Source of the DNA: a virus
Virus record (IMG/VR): IMGVR_UViG_3300045988_136150
Span: 1 to 59,057 of that record
Strand: one strand, 5' to 3'
DNA length: 59,057 nt
The position numbers were made by a program, and so were the translations under genes. The notes under the pieces are model-generated. The model worked only from the letters and a program-made list of their open reading frames with translations, searched no databases and had not been told where the DNA came from. Below are positions 17,104 through 26,985 of this stretch, piece by piece. Positions within the stretch are counted from its first letter, which is position 1. Each line of letters opens with the position of its first letter.

Positions 17104-17339
17104 AGGAGATCCTTGTATTTAACTTTAAGCAGAGCGTAGATAGTGTAAAGGATCTGGTAGCATACCAAAAGAAAGTAATCCGCCACGAGATTATACACGC
17201 TTTTCTTTATGAGAGTGGGCTCTGGCAGAATAGCTACGGTAGTAAGTGCTGGGCTCAAAATGAGGAGATGGTGGATTGGATGGCTATACAGGAGCCTAAG
17301 ATCCATAAGGCTTTTAAGGAGGCTGGGGTAGATGGCTAA
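16962..17339 (+). CDS. HExxH zinc-metallopeptidase-like protein (no own RBS)
   Basis: IRHEIIHAF. There is no GGAGG upstream of the ATG at 16962. This frame is open from 16956. Confidence 0.5.
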   Translation: MYWQYTATERESGNIVHILGTEYKILIIEEDDYRYNKEADGWCDPQVKEILVFNFKQSVDSVKDLVAYQKKVIRHEIIHAFLYESGLWQNSYGSKCWAQNEEMVDWMAIQEPKIHKAFKEAGVDG

Positions 17340-17529
17340 AGTATTAGCTGTAGCAAGAGAGGTAGCTGTTATTATGTGTATTGTGATACTAGCTATCTTA
17401 ATCTGGAAAACAGCAGAGTATTTTAACAGGCTACCAGAGAAAGATAGGGCTAAGCCTGTTATAGCGTGGGATATTTTAGTACTAATTCTTACGCTAATTG
17501 CCTTAAGTGTGAGGCTTATAATGATGTAA
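17332..17529 (+). CDS. Small membrane protein
   Basis: Two hydrophobic helices. Confidence 0.45.
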   Translation: MAKVLAVAREVAVIMCIVILAILIWKTAEYFNRLPEKDRAKPVIAWDILVLILTLIALSVRLIMM

Positions 17530-17589
17530 TGAGAGGGAGCTCCAGAGAGGGGCTCCTTTTAATATTGCAGGAAAGGAGGATAAGCGGAT

Positions 17590-19071
17590 GTGTTAGATTA
17601 TTCAAAGGTAGAGATAGTAGAGAATATGCTGGATGAGGCGGATAATAAGGATGCTATGATTAAGTACCTCATAGAAAAGGCTGATTTTGAGGTAGCTTAT
17701 TACTTAGTGTGTAGATACATTACTAAGCGTAGTATGCAGGAGCTACATAAGAGCATTATCTCTAATATATCCTCAAATAAGAGTACGCTAGATCTGGCTC
17801 CTAGAGGTTTTGGCAAGAGTACTGTAGGAGATGTGGATTACTGTATAACTAAAATACTGAGAGATCCTAATATCCGTATTATGATAGGCAGTAAAACACA
17901 GACACAGGCGGAGGCATTTCTAAAAGAGGTGCGTACACACTTTGAGCAAAATACAGAGCTCCTCCGTATCTTTGGCGATTGGAAAAAGAGTAAGGATAAT
18001 GTGTGGAATGATAGAGAGTTTACTGTTAATAAGCGTACAGTAATTAAGAAAGAGGCTACTCTCACAGCTTTAGGAGCCTCTGGAGCAGTTATTTCTAAGC
18101 ATTTTGATATAATTATCGGAGATGATTTAGTAGGGCTGGAAAACGCCAGAACAGAACGCCAGAGGGCTAATCTAAAAGAGTGGTTTTACTCCTCTCTATT
18201 CCCTACATTAGAGCCAGACGGAGAGATCCATATCTTAGGTACTAGATATAATCCGCTGGATCTGTATGAGGATCTTATAAAGAGTAAGGATTATGTAGTT
18301 AATATCCAGAGAGCTATACAGACGATAAACGGAGAAAAGAGATCTCTTTGGGAAAGTAAATTTAGCCTTAAGAGGCTGGAGGAGATTGCTAAGCAGTCTG
18401 GTAAAATCATATTTAATATGCAGTACCAGAATGATACAGAGCTGGCTAAAGGTAAAATCTTTAAGGCTAAGTATTTCCGATACTATGAGGAGTACAAGCT
18501 GGATTACGATTTTCAGAAAGCAAAGGTTAAGGTTAAAAATGCAGACGGTATAGAGAGTTGGATCCCTGTAAAGGTGTACTTTGGGTGCGATTTAGCCATA
18601 TCGGAAAAGGAGAACGATAAAAACGATTACTTTGTATGTATGGTAGTCGGTGTGGATGCGGAGAAAAATGTATATGTGTTGGAGTATGTGAAAGAGAGAT
18701 ACAGTTTTAATACTCAGCTTAATACCATTATTCAGTATGGGCGTGATAAGTACCCTATGGTAGAGAGAATAGGAGTAGAAACGGTAGCTTATCAAAAATC
18801 TCTAGCACAGGAGCTTAGGAGGCTCTCCCTCCTCCCTATTATCAATATCAATACCTCTAAGGATAAGGTTACTAGAGCTATGCGGAGATCCGCTAACTTT
18901 GAAAATGGCAAGATATTCTTTAGAGAGGGTATGGATGATCTGGAGGAGTGTTTGTTACTATTCCCAGAGGTGGATCACGATGATTTATTTGATGGCTTAG
19001 ATTTTGCGTGTGCTATGGCTGATAGTAATAATGAAATTGTGGTACACAGCAGAGAGGACTTTTATATTTAA
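17590..19071 (+). CDS. Terminase large subunit
   Basis: APRGFGKST (Walker A-like), IIIGDDLV (Walker B) and a C-terminal nuclease-like region. GTG start after aggagga. Confidence 0.85.
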   Translation: MLDYSKVEIVENMLDEADNKDAMIKYLIEKADFEVAYYLVCRYITKRSMQELHKSIISNISSNKSTLDLAPRGFGKSTVGDVDYCITKILRDPNIRIMIGSKTQTQAEAFLKEVRTHFEQNTELLRIFGDWKKSKDNVWNDREFTVNKRTVIKKEATLTALGASGAVISKHFDIIIGDDLVGLENARTERQRANLKEWFYSSLFPTLEPDGEIHILGTRYNPLDLYEDLIKSKDYVVNIQRAIQTINGEKRSLWESKFSLKRLEEIAKQSGKIIFNMQYQNDTELAKGKIFKAKYFRYYEEYKLDYDFQKAKVKVKNADGIESWIPVKVYFGCDLAISEKENDKNDYFVCMVVGVDAEKNVYVLEYVKERYSFNTQLNTIIQYGRDKYPMVERIGVETVAYQKSLAQELRRLSLLPIININTSKDKVTRAMRRSANFENGKIFFREGMDDLEECLLLFPEVDHDDLFDGLDFACAMADSNNEIVVHSREDFYI

Positions 19072-19129
19072 CTTTTGCCCTACATAGAGAGGGCTATTTT
19101 TGTACTAAAATTAAGGAGGAATTTTTGCA

Positions 19130-20683
19130 ATGATAGAAAAGCCGATTGATAAGGAGTTTAATGTGGAACTGGATGAGAGTAGGTTTAGTACCTCTCTCCT
19201 CAATGACTTAGTAGAGGCACATACTAAGAAAATCGCTCCCAGATACAGAAAGTATCAAAAATTGTATGAGGGTAAGCACAGGATCCTTAATAAAAAGAAA
19301 GTAGATAAGAATAAGCCTAATAACAAGGTGGTAAATGACTTTTTCGGACAGGTTATAGATAATACTGTAGGTTACTTTTTGGGTAATCCTATTATCCTTA
19401 ACTACACAGAGCCCACTCCAGAAAAGCCTAAGGTAGATACTGATCCTGTGGATGTAGGAGTAGATATGGGAGAGCTGGAGGATACCGTTATACAGGATTA
19501 CTTAGATAAGCTCTGTGTAGAGAATGATAAGGATGATCTCTTTATCGAATGGGGTAAGGAGGCTATGATTAAGGGATTATCTCATATTCTGGTATATCAA
19601 GATGAGGAGAGCGTTACTAGGTTTATGCGTATTTCTCCAGAGGATCTTATTATTGTATATGAGAATAGTGCTACTAAAAAGGCTAAGTATAAGATCCGCC
19701 TCTACGATATTGATACAGAGGATACAGGCAAAACTACTCACTATGCAGAGGTATATAGTGCTACTAAAATGGAGCTCTTTACTAGCGTGGATGATAACTC
19801 TGTAGGAGGGTCTGTAAATAGAGATTTTTGTAACTATACTTTTGTGGAGGAAAAGCCTCATATTTACGGTAGGATCCCTATTGTTACGGTGTATAACAAT
19901 GAGGAGCAGATGAGCGATCTGGAGAAAATAGAGAGCCTTGTAGCGGATTATGATAAGGTGCTCTCCGATATGTCGGATGAGTTTAGTACCTTTAGAAACG
20001 CCTATCTTATGCTTAAGAATATGACAGCAGGTAAGGAGGGGATCCAGAAACTCAAAGATGAGGGAATTATAGAGGTTATGGAGAATGGAGATGTTAAGTT
20101 TGTTACTAAGCAGATCCAGACAGAGGCAGTAGAAAACCACTTAAACCGTATTGAAAAGAATATCTATACCTTTTCGCAGGTACCTAACCTCTCTGATGAG
20201 AATTTTGCAGGTAATCTCTCTGGGGTGGCTATCCGTTTTAAGCTCTTTGGGCTGGAAACAAAGTGTATTATCAAAGAGAGAAAGATGGAAAAGGCGATCC
20301 GTGAGCTGGTAAGAGTGCTTAGTGTGCCTGTAAGAGTTTCTACAGGTAAAGAGATTGATTTACTTAACCTCAAAGTAGAGTTTACAAGAAATGTACCTAA
20401 TAACCTTACAGAGATTGTAGATACTATCTCTAAGCTGGATGGTAAGGTAGATAAGGAAACCTTGCTTAGCCTTTTACCGTTTGTGGATAACCCTAAAGAG
20501 GTGCTGGAAAAGATGCTACAGGAGGCTAAAAAGGAAAAGGAAAATAATGATCCGTACTCTCCAGACAATGTAAAGGCGGATGGTGCTAACTTATTCCCTA
20601 ATCTTAATGCACAGGGAGCCCAGAATAGCCCACAGGAGGCTTTAGAGGCACAGGGGGCTATAATTCCTCAGCCGAAAGCGTAA
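19130..20683 (+). CDS. Portal protein (SPP1 gp6-like)
   Basis: 517 aa, directly after terL. NKVVNDFFGQVIDNTVGYFLGNPI. Confidence 0.8.
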   Translation: MIEKPIDKEFNVELDESRFSTSLLNDLVEAHTKKIAPRYRKYQKLYEGKHRILNKKKVDKNKPNNKVVNDFFGQVIDNTVGYFLGNPIILNYTEPTPEKPKVDTDPVDVGVDMGELEDTVIQDYLDKLCVENDKDDLFIEWGKEAMIKGLSHILVYQDEESVTRFMRISPEDLIIVYENSATKKAKYKIRLYDIDTEDTGKTTHYAEVYSATKMELFTSVDDNSVGGSVNRDFCNYTFVEEKPHIYGRIPIVTVYNNEEQMSDLEKIESLVADYDKVLSDMSDEFSTFRNAYLMLKNMTAGKEGIQKLKDEGIIEVMENGDVKFVTKQIQTEAVENHLNRIEKNIYTFSQVPNLSDENFAGNLSGVAIRFKLFGLETKCIIKERKMEKAIRELVRVLSVPVRVSTGKEIDLLNLKVEFTRNVPNNLTEIVDTISKLDGKVDKETLLSLLPFVDNPKEVLEKMLQEAKKEKENNDPYSPDNVKADGANLFPNLNAQGAQNSPQEALEAQGAIIPQPKA

Positions 20684-20726
20684 AGGGCTGTATGAGGCTA
20701 ATAGAGGCATTAAGGAGGTGTAAGAA

Positions 20727-22916
20727 ATGGCATATACAGGCTACATAAACTCAGAGGTAGCTAAAATGTACGGTATTCCTTACAGCCATCTTACAGCGGA
20801 GCAGAAAAGGATCCTCCACGAGGATAGCCTTAGGAGAGCTAAGCTAATTGCAGAGCGTGAGGAGGCTGTACTGAGGAATAACTTAAAAGCGTTTGAGGAT
20901 GAGGCTAAAATGGAGAGAGTTTTAGCCTCAATTTATAGGGAAACACAGAAAGAGATCCTTGCAGATGTTACGGAAACCATAGCAAAGGTTAAAAAAGCAG
21001 GTGGAGAGTGGAGCTATGCTAATCAAAGTGCTCTCACTAGGAGTAGAGGGCTTTTTGAGCAGATTACAGCGGAGCTTAATAAGCTGGGGCAGAAAGAGCA
21101 GATACTTTTTACACAGGGCTTAAGTAACATATATACAGATCAATTTTTAAGGCAGGTGTACGAGCTGGGGCAGAGTATTCCTGTAAAGGCTAATTTTAAC
21201 AGGCTTAATCCAGCTCTTATAAGAAAAACCTTAGATTATCCGTGGAGCGGGGCTATGTTTAGTGATCGCCTTTGGAATGATAAGGAAACTCTGGGAAAAA
21301 ACCTTAGGGTAGGACTTACTCAGAGTATGATTTTAGGAGAGGGCATACCGCAGATCACGGATAGGATAAATAAAAATATAAATACCTCTAGGTACAATGC
21401 AGAGAGAGTAGCCAGAGCGGAAACAAAGAGGGTTACATATTGTGCTCATAATGATGCCTATGAGGATATGGGTGTAGAGGAGCTGGAGTACCGCTGTGCT
21501 AACGGTGGGGATAATCGCACTTGCGATACCTGTAGAGCCGATAACGGAAAGCATTATAAGAGGGGTAAAGAGCCTACTCTCCCACGCCATCCTAATTGTA
21601 GGTGTGTGTATATCCCTGTGGTATCGGATGAGTTTGGGGATAATGAGCTTAACGAGCTTACAGGCTCCGTAAGAGGTGCTGAAAACTACGAAAAGTGGAA
21701 AGAAACCTATGAGGTAGCCCTTAATCCAGATGGATCCTATAAAGATGGGTGGAGTATGGACTTTAAGACAGGCAAAACCATTTATACTACAGCCGATGGT
21801 AGGAAACTCACTTTAGAGGAGTATAAAAAAGAGAAAGCTAATCCTCTAACCACGCCTCCTAAAACTGATAAAGTTAATATACCAGAGGTATCTCCTACAG
21901 GAGAGGTATATACTGGAGAGCTGGGTAGGAGTATTCGTAAATCTTTTGATGGTAGCGATATTACAGGATATACCCCCTCTTGGGGAGAGTATGAGGAGGA
22001 AACTCTCAAAAAGCTGTACGCACAGAGGGATCTCCTTACGGATCCAGCCCAGATTAAGCAGATTAACTCTATCATTAAAAACCACGAGGAGTATAAGCAG
22101 ATACTTAACTCTAAGGGTGTGCTGGTTGAGATGGGCAAAAGCGGTACTTATAAACTCACTATACCGCCTAGTTTATCTACAGAGGAAAGAATTAGGACAA
22201 GATATAGCTCTTACTCTCTTGTAGAAATTCAATTTAAGAAGTATAATTATGATGTGTATGAGGAGAGGCTAGGAGGTAAATACTACATCACTATGACAGG
22301 TGTAAGCTCCAAAAAGGAAAAGCAGGAGATCTACGCTATAGCGGATAAGGTATTTAAGCAGAATACCAGAGCTGTAGGGGCTAAGCTCCGTATAGATACT
22401 GTAGAGTGTAATAAGCATAATACTAGATACTCTACTAATCTGGGCTTTTATACACCTAGCCAGCATAAACTCACGGTACGCACATTTAAGAGCTACGCCG
22501 ATATTTACGGAGTAGATCTACAGGGGGGTAAGGAGCATTTTGCAGGTACCTTAGCTCACGAGTTTGCACACATCATACATAGTACAGATGTGAGGCTTAA
22601 GGATGTAGTAGCTACAGCGGATCAATGGAGTAAGTGGAAAGCTCTTATAGATCCGTATTATGAGCAGTATAGGGTTAATAAAATTGTTGATGTAGGTAAG
22701 GAATGGCATAGAATGAGTTACCCTATCAATGCAGAGGATCACTATAGGGGCGGTGGTAAGGAGCATTACTATCAAGAAATGTGGGCGGAGTGTACCGCTA
22801 TCATACAGGAGGATGTACCAGAGGCTACCAAACAGGCACAGCTAGCTAACCTTAGAAAATATTTCCCTAAAGTTGAGGAATTTATTAGAGCGTTTTACGC
22901 TGGAGGAGGTGTGTAA
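20727..22916 (+). CDS. MuF / SPP1 gp7-like minor head protein with about 430-aa C-terminal extension carrying an HExxH motif
   Basis: RVARAETKR...LPRHPNCRCVYIPV (MuF hallmark) near aa 290. LAHEFAHIIH near aa 610. Confidence 0.7.
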   Translation: MAYTGYINSEVAKMYGIPYSHLTAEQKRILHEDSLRRAKLIAEREEAVLRNNLKAFEDEAKMERVLASIYRETQKEILADVTETIAKVKKAGGEWSYANQSALTRSRGLFEQITAELNKLGQKEQILFTQGLSNIYTDQFLRQVYELGQSIPVKANFNRLNPALIRKTLDYPWSGAMFSDRLWNDKETLGKNLRVGLTQSMILGEGIPQITDRINKNINTSRYNAERVARAETKRVTYCAHNDAYEDMGVEELEYRCANGGDNRTCDTCRADNGKHYKRGKEPTLPRHPNCRCVYIPVVSDEFGDNELNELTGSVRGAENYEKWKETYEVALNPDGSYKDGWSMDFKTGKTIYTTADGRKLTLEEYKKEKANPLTTPPKTDKVNIPEVSPTGEVYTGELGRSIRKSFDGSDITGYTPSWGEYEEETLKKLYAQRDLLTDPAQIKQINSIIKNHEEYKQILNSKGVLVEMGKSGTYKLTIPPSLSTEERIRTRYSSYSLVEIQFKKYNYDVYEERLGGKYYITMTGVSSKKEKQEIYAIADKVFKQNTRAVGAKLRIDTVECNKHNTRYSTNLGFYTPSQHKLTVRTFKSYADIYGVDLQGGKEHFAGTLAHEFAHIIHSTDVRLKDVVATADQWSKWKALIDPYYEQYRVNKIVDVGKEWHRMSYPINAEDHYRGGGKEHYYQEMWAECTAIIQEDVPEATKQAQLANLRKYFPKVEEFIRAFYAGGGV

Positions 22917-22917
22917 T

Positions 22918-23172
22918 ATGCAATTATTTCACGGAGAAAGCGATCTTAAGGGTACTAAGTGGTGTGAGGAGGATGTAATTAACCTACAAACACGCCTTAC
23001 AGATGAGGAGTTTGAGGCAAATATTACCCCAGAGCTCTTAGATATGGATCGTTTGAGAGTGTGTGCAGATATTCTTAATAGCAGAAAGGCTCTACCAGCA
23101 CGATATAAAGAGCTGGTAGCGGATTATGCAGGTAGTGATAATGCAGATCCAGAGGTAAAGAGCTTATATTAA
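22918..23172 (+). CDS. Hypothetical acidic protein (candidate immunity/partner of the MuF extension)
   Basis: ATG at 22918 (MQLFHGESD), 2 nt after the MuF stop and preceded by ggaggagg. Confidence 0.4.
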   Translation: MQLFHGESDLKGTKWCEEDVINLQTRLTDEEFEANITPELLDMDRLRVCADILNSRKALPARYKELVADYAGSDNADPEVKSLY

Positions 23173-23182
23173 AAATCACAGT

Positions 23183-23220
23183 AGAGGTACTGGCTTAGGC
23201 TGGTACCTCTATTTTTTTTT
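23183..23220 (+). terminator. Rho-independent terminator
   Basis: agaggtac pairs with gtacctct, followed by T9. Confidence 0.75.
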
Positions 23221-23288
23221 GTTTCATAGTCAAAGGGGCGTAGTTGAAAAGATTTTGCAGAAAAACTCTAAGTAAAATACATATTTTC

Positions 23289-23316
23289 TACAGGATTGTA
23301 ACCTATCTTATGAAAG
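23289..23316 (+). repeat. 28-bp exact repeat tacaggattgtaacctatcttatgaaag (copy 2 of 2)
   Basis: Identical to 13681-13708. Upstream of the scaffold/capsid operon. Confidence 0.85.
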
Positions 23317-23389
23317 GTTTAAGGGCTTTTCTGTGGGTAACTTACGAGGGATCCATAAAATAGAACTTACTTTAAGGAGGTAAAAGAAA

Positions 23390-24055
23390 ATGGCTGAAAT
23401 GGCTAACGAAACAAAGGCAAACACTACCACAGGCACAGAGGAAAGCGGTAAGGATACCGCAGGTACTACTACTGGTACCTCTAACACGGAGAATACTACT
23501 CCTAAGGTTAAAACGGAGGAGGAGATCCGTGCAGAGCTCCAAAAAGAGTATGAAAAGATGGCAGATAAGAGAGTAACAGATGCTATCAAGAAAAAGGAGA
23601 AAGAGTGGGCTGATAAGCAAGCTAAGGAGAAAATGACAGAGGATGAACGCAAACAGGCGGAGGAGCGTGAGCGTTTGGAGGCACAGGCTAAGAAAGATTT
23701 TGAGCTTACCATCAAGGGCTTAAGATTGGATGTAGTAGATGCTATCTCAGAGCTGGGCTTGGATGCTGGTTTCCGTAATCTTATTGCAGTAGAGGATCTT
23801 GCCTCTATCTCCGATGATGCAGAGCGTAGAGAAAAGCTCACAGAGCGTATTAAGGGTATGAAAAAGCTCTTTGATGCTGAGGTAGTTAAGCAGGTGGAAA
23901 AGGCTAAGGCTGAATTTCTTAAGGGAGAAACTCCTAAAACTGGCTCCCAGAAAGATGATGGCAAAACAGCTTACGATCAGTACAAAAAAGATGGTAATGT
24001 TAAGGGTATGCTCTCTGAAAAGCTGGGTAAGTACCACGCTGAAAAGGATGAGTAA
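23390..24055 (+). CDS. Scaffolding protein
   Basis: Acidic, coiled-coil (KKEKEWADKQAKEKMTEDERKQAEERERLEAQ). Sits immediately before the capsid gene. Confidence 0.65.
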   Translation: MAEMANETKANTTTGTEESGKDTAGTTTGTSNTENTTPKVKTEEEIRAELQKEYEKMADKRVTDAIKKKEKEWADKQAKEKMTEDERKQAEERERLEAQAKKDFELTIKGLRLDVVDAISELGLDAGFRNLIAVEDLASISDDAERREKLTERIKGMKKLFDAEVVKQVEKAKAEFLKGETPKTGSQKDDGKTAYDQYKKDGNVKGMLSEKLGKYHAEKDE

Positions 24056-24114
24056 GATCTCTTAGGGTTATCGAAATAAAAAAAACATAATTTACACAGG
24101 AGGTAAATAAGACA

Positions 24115-25038
24115 ATGGCTGATGCAATGGTTAAAAGATCCAGCTTTTTGGATGATGAAGTAGTTGATCTCCGTAATGAGATCGCTTTAGTATCCCCTAC
24201 GGATACTCCCCTTACTACCCTCTTGATGGGTAGAGGTGCTGTGGTTCCAGCTACGGATATTACCGTAACTTGGAGAGAGAAACAGCTCAATAGTACTAGA
24301 GGTACTCTTAAGAAAGAGGGTGCAGATGCAGGAGATGCTATTATCTCTAGCAGATCTAGCCTCTCTAACATTTGTCAGATTATCGAAAAGGTTACTAAGG
24401 TATCTGGCACAGCACAGGCTCTTAATCCTAAGGGCATTGGTAATAGCTTTAATGCTGAGGTAGGAGATCGCTTGATTGAGGTTAAGCGTGATCTGGAGTG
24501 GTACTTCCTTAATGGTACTAAAACTCTGGAGGCAGACACTACTCCTAGACAGATGGCAGGTTTGGTAAACCTTGTTAATAGTAACAATGTTATTGATGCT
24601 ACTGATAAGGATGTTACTGAGGATATGCTTTTGGATATGCTCCAGAAAATGTGGGAAAAGGGTGCTCACGGAGAGTACTTTACTTTTGTAAATGCCTCTG
24701 TTAAGCGTATCATTAACGCTTTGGGTAAGAGCGGTACTAATTTCCGTATGATCGAGGATGCTACAGGAGTAGGTAAAGTATTTGGCGTTACCTTTAACAA
24801 GTTTGAGAGTGATTTTGGTACTCTTAATATGGTGCTTGATCGCCATATGGATGCTAGCACTCTCTTGGCTGTGGATCTGGATGAGGTGCAGATTGCAGAG
24901 CTTAGAGGTACTTTCTATGAGGATCTTCCTAAGGCTGGCGATTACCAGAAAGGGCATATCCTTAATGAGAGCACTATTAAGCTCTTGAATAGCTGCGCAG
25001 GTGCAAAGGTTATCAATGTGGGTAAGAAAAGCTCCTAA
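24115..25038 (+). CDS. Major capsid protein
   Basis: 307 aa, after the scaffold gene, with a strong RBS. Confidence 0.7.
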   Translation: MADAMVKRSSFLDDEVVDLRNEIALVSPTDTPLTTLLMGRGAVVPATDITVTWREKQLNSTRGTLKKEGADAGDAIISSRSSLSNICQIIEKVTKVSGTAQALNPKGIGNSFNAEVGDRLIEVKRDLEWYFLNGTKTLEADTTPRQMAGLVNLVNSNNVIDATDKDVTEDMLLDMLQKMWEKGAHGEYFTFVNASVKRIINALGKSGTNFRMIEDATGVGKVFGVTFNKFESDFGTLNMVLDRHMDASTLLAVDLDEVQIAELRGTFYEDLPKAGDYQKGHILNESTIKLLNSCAGAKVINVGKKSS

Positions 25039-25102
25039 GGAGTAATCCTTAGGAGTACCTACTCCACATAACTCACAAAACTAAGATCGGAGGTATAATA
25101 CA

Positions 25103-25306
25103 ATGGCTGAAACAAAGGCAGAAAACAAGGCACAGGGCACAAAGGCAGAAACTAAAGAAAAGGTTTATAACTTTGTTAGCTCTAATAAGTTTCTTACTGT
25201 TAGCTCTTTGGGTGTGCAGTTTGTAAACGGAAAGGCTACCGTTAAGGATGTGGCAGTAGCTAGAGCTCTTGCTACTATTGACGGTGTAACGCTGGTAGAG
25301 GATTAA
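25103..25306 (+). CDS. Hypothetical small head-associated protein
   Basis: Position only. Confidence 0.35.
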   Translation: MAETKAENKAQGTKAETKEKVYNFVSSNKFLTVSSLGVQFVNGKATVKDVAVARALATIDGVTLVED

Positions 25307-25316
25307 GGAGGAGCCT

Positions 25317-25646
25317 ATGGATAGCTTAGAAAGATGTAGGATTATCTTAGGGCTATCCTCTGATAATAAGGCTAAGCTAGAGCTCTTACAGGTGCTCCTA
25401 GACAAGGCAAGGATGGATATAGAGGCTTTTTGTAGAGATACTTTTAAGGAGGATGGCGTGGATATATTCCCAGAGCCTCTTAAAAGTGTGCAGGAGGATC
25501 TAGCTATCCAGCGTTTCCGTAAGCGTGGGGCGGAGGGGCAGAGCTCTTACTCCTTAGCAGATGAGAGCGTTACCTTTGATGATCCTATTCCTGTAAGCGT
25601 AGAGAAAAGGCTTTACCCTTACAGGCAGTTGTTTCCCAGAGAGTAA
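25317..25646 (+). CDS. Head-tail connector (gp6-like) protein
   Basis: Size, position and an N-terminal helical region typical of the family. Confidence 0.5.
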   Translation: MDSLERCRIILGLSSDNKAKLELLQVLLDKARMDIEAFCRDTFKEDGVDIFPEPLKSVQEDLAIQRFRKRGAEGQSSYSLADESVTFDDPIPVSVEKRLYPYRQLFPRE

Positions 25647-25658
25647 GGAGGTGGCGGT

Positions 25659-26006
25659 ATGCAGTTTATGTATGATAAGCTGGTAATCGTCAAGAGGTAC
25701 TCCTCTAATCTGGGCGAATATAACAGACCTCAAAAGGAATTAAATGAGGTAGGTAGGTATGAGTGCTTTACAGCAGAGACCAGTACAAATGTGGCTCAAA
25801 GACAGCCTCAAAAGGTAAATACAGAGGAGATAGATCTCTATACCTCTCCAGAGGCAGATATAAAGCTGGGAGATGTACTGTATATCTATGAGCTGGATGA
25901 GTATGATAAGCCGATCCCAGAGAGTGAGTACAGAGCTCTAGCAGATAAACCTTACAAAAAGCGTACACAGTTAAAGGTACCTCTCCTTAGAAATGAGGAG
26001 GTGTAA
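25659..26006 (+). CDS. Head closure / head-tail adaptor (putative)
   Basis: Position and size. Confidence 0.4.
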   Translation: MQFMYDKLVIVKRYSSNLGEYNRPQKELNEVGRYECFTAETSTNVAQRQPQKVNTEEIDLYTSPEADIKLGDVLYIYELDEYDKPIPESEYRALADKPYKKRTQLKVPLLRNEEV

Positions 26007-26011
26007 GGGAT

Positions 26012-26500
26012 ATGGCTGGTAGTGATCTGGGCTTTTCTATTGATGGCTGGGATGATTTTGTAGATCGCTTTGCTAACTTAGTGGATAAGTGGGCAGAGAA
26101 AAAGGCTATTTTGTTACAGCGTATGGGAAATATCTACCACGCCGAAATAATCCCTAATGTACCTGTGGATACCTCACGATTAGTAGATAGTATCTTTGTT
26201 TTCGGAGAGGGAATACCGCAGGACTATGTAGAGGTAGGTACTAATGTAGAGTATGCCCTGTATGTTAATGACGGACACATACAGCACAGGCGATTTTTAC
26301 CAGCAGATAAGCTAACGGTAGGCGGAAAGGCAAAATACCTTAAGAATAATAACCAAAAGGGTATAATGCTAAAGGAGAGGTATGTACAGGGAGCCTTTTT
26401 TATGGAGAAAGGCTTTAATAGTGCAAAACCACGCCTAGAGCGTTTAATCAATAGCTTTATGCTACAAATTGCCAGAGAGGTAGAGGGAGGTAGCCTATGA
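26012..26500 (+). CDS. HK97 gp10-like tail-head joining protein
   Basis: EYALYVNDGH-type motif and position. Confidence 0.5.
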   Translation: MAGSDLGFSIDGWDDFVDRFANLVDKWAEKKAILLQRMGNIYHAEIIPNVPVDTSRLVDSIFVFGEGIPQDYVEVGTNVEYALYVNDGHIQHRRFLPADKLTVGGKAKYLKNNNQKGIMLKERYVQGAFFMEKGFNSAKPRLERLINSFMLQIAREVEGGSL

Positions 26501-26973
26501 GATTGCTTAACAGCGTATGTAAGGTTATCGCCTCTAAGTATGCTGGAGTGCCAGTACATATAGAGGAGATGCCTAAAGGCTTTAAGCGTGGATGTTTTTT
26601 AGTAACGCTTGCTACAAACGGTAGTAGCCTAAAAAACCGTAATGTATATGAGGATGATCCTACATATCAAATAGTTTACTTTGGTAAGCTGAATGAGGCG
26701 GATCAAGTGGTAGCAGATAACCTATACAGAGTTAAAGAGGAGCTTAAGGCTCTTTTTTTGTTGCGGTTAGCAGTACCAGTAATACCGCTGGAGGGTGTGC
26801 AGGAGAAACCCAGATACGCAAAGATACAGAGCTATTCCGATGAGGTAAGGTTGTCGGAGGGAGCTCTTTATGTCAAGATCACTCTTAGCTTTACAGAGGA
26901 TGTACCAAAAGAGGATCCTTATGAACTTATGGGAGAGATTGATATAGAAACACATACTATAACAAATGGATAG
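26497..26973 (+). CDS. Tail completion / sheath-proximal protein (putative)
   Basis: Position before the sheath gene. Confidence 0.35.
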   Translation: MRLLNSVCKVIASKYAGVPVHIEEMPKGFKRGCFLVTLATNGSSLKNRNVYEDDPTYQIVYFGKLNEADQVVADNLYRVKEELKALFLLRLAVPVIPLEGVQEKPRYAKIQSYSDEVRLSEGALYVKITLSFTEDVPKEDPYELMGEIDIETHTITNG

Positions 26974-26985
26974 GAGGATACAATT

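Noticed and set aside
23308-23964. Long minus-strand ORFs embedded in + strand structural genes: 23308..23964, 24187..24957, 26767..27606, 30912..31631, 37323..38054, 38133..38825, 16563..17306 and 19577..20140
   Set aside because: They lie antisense inside well-supported + strand genes, lack RBS, and have low-complexity Ser/Leu/Ile-rich translations typical of shadow ORFs.
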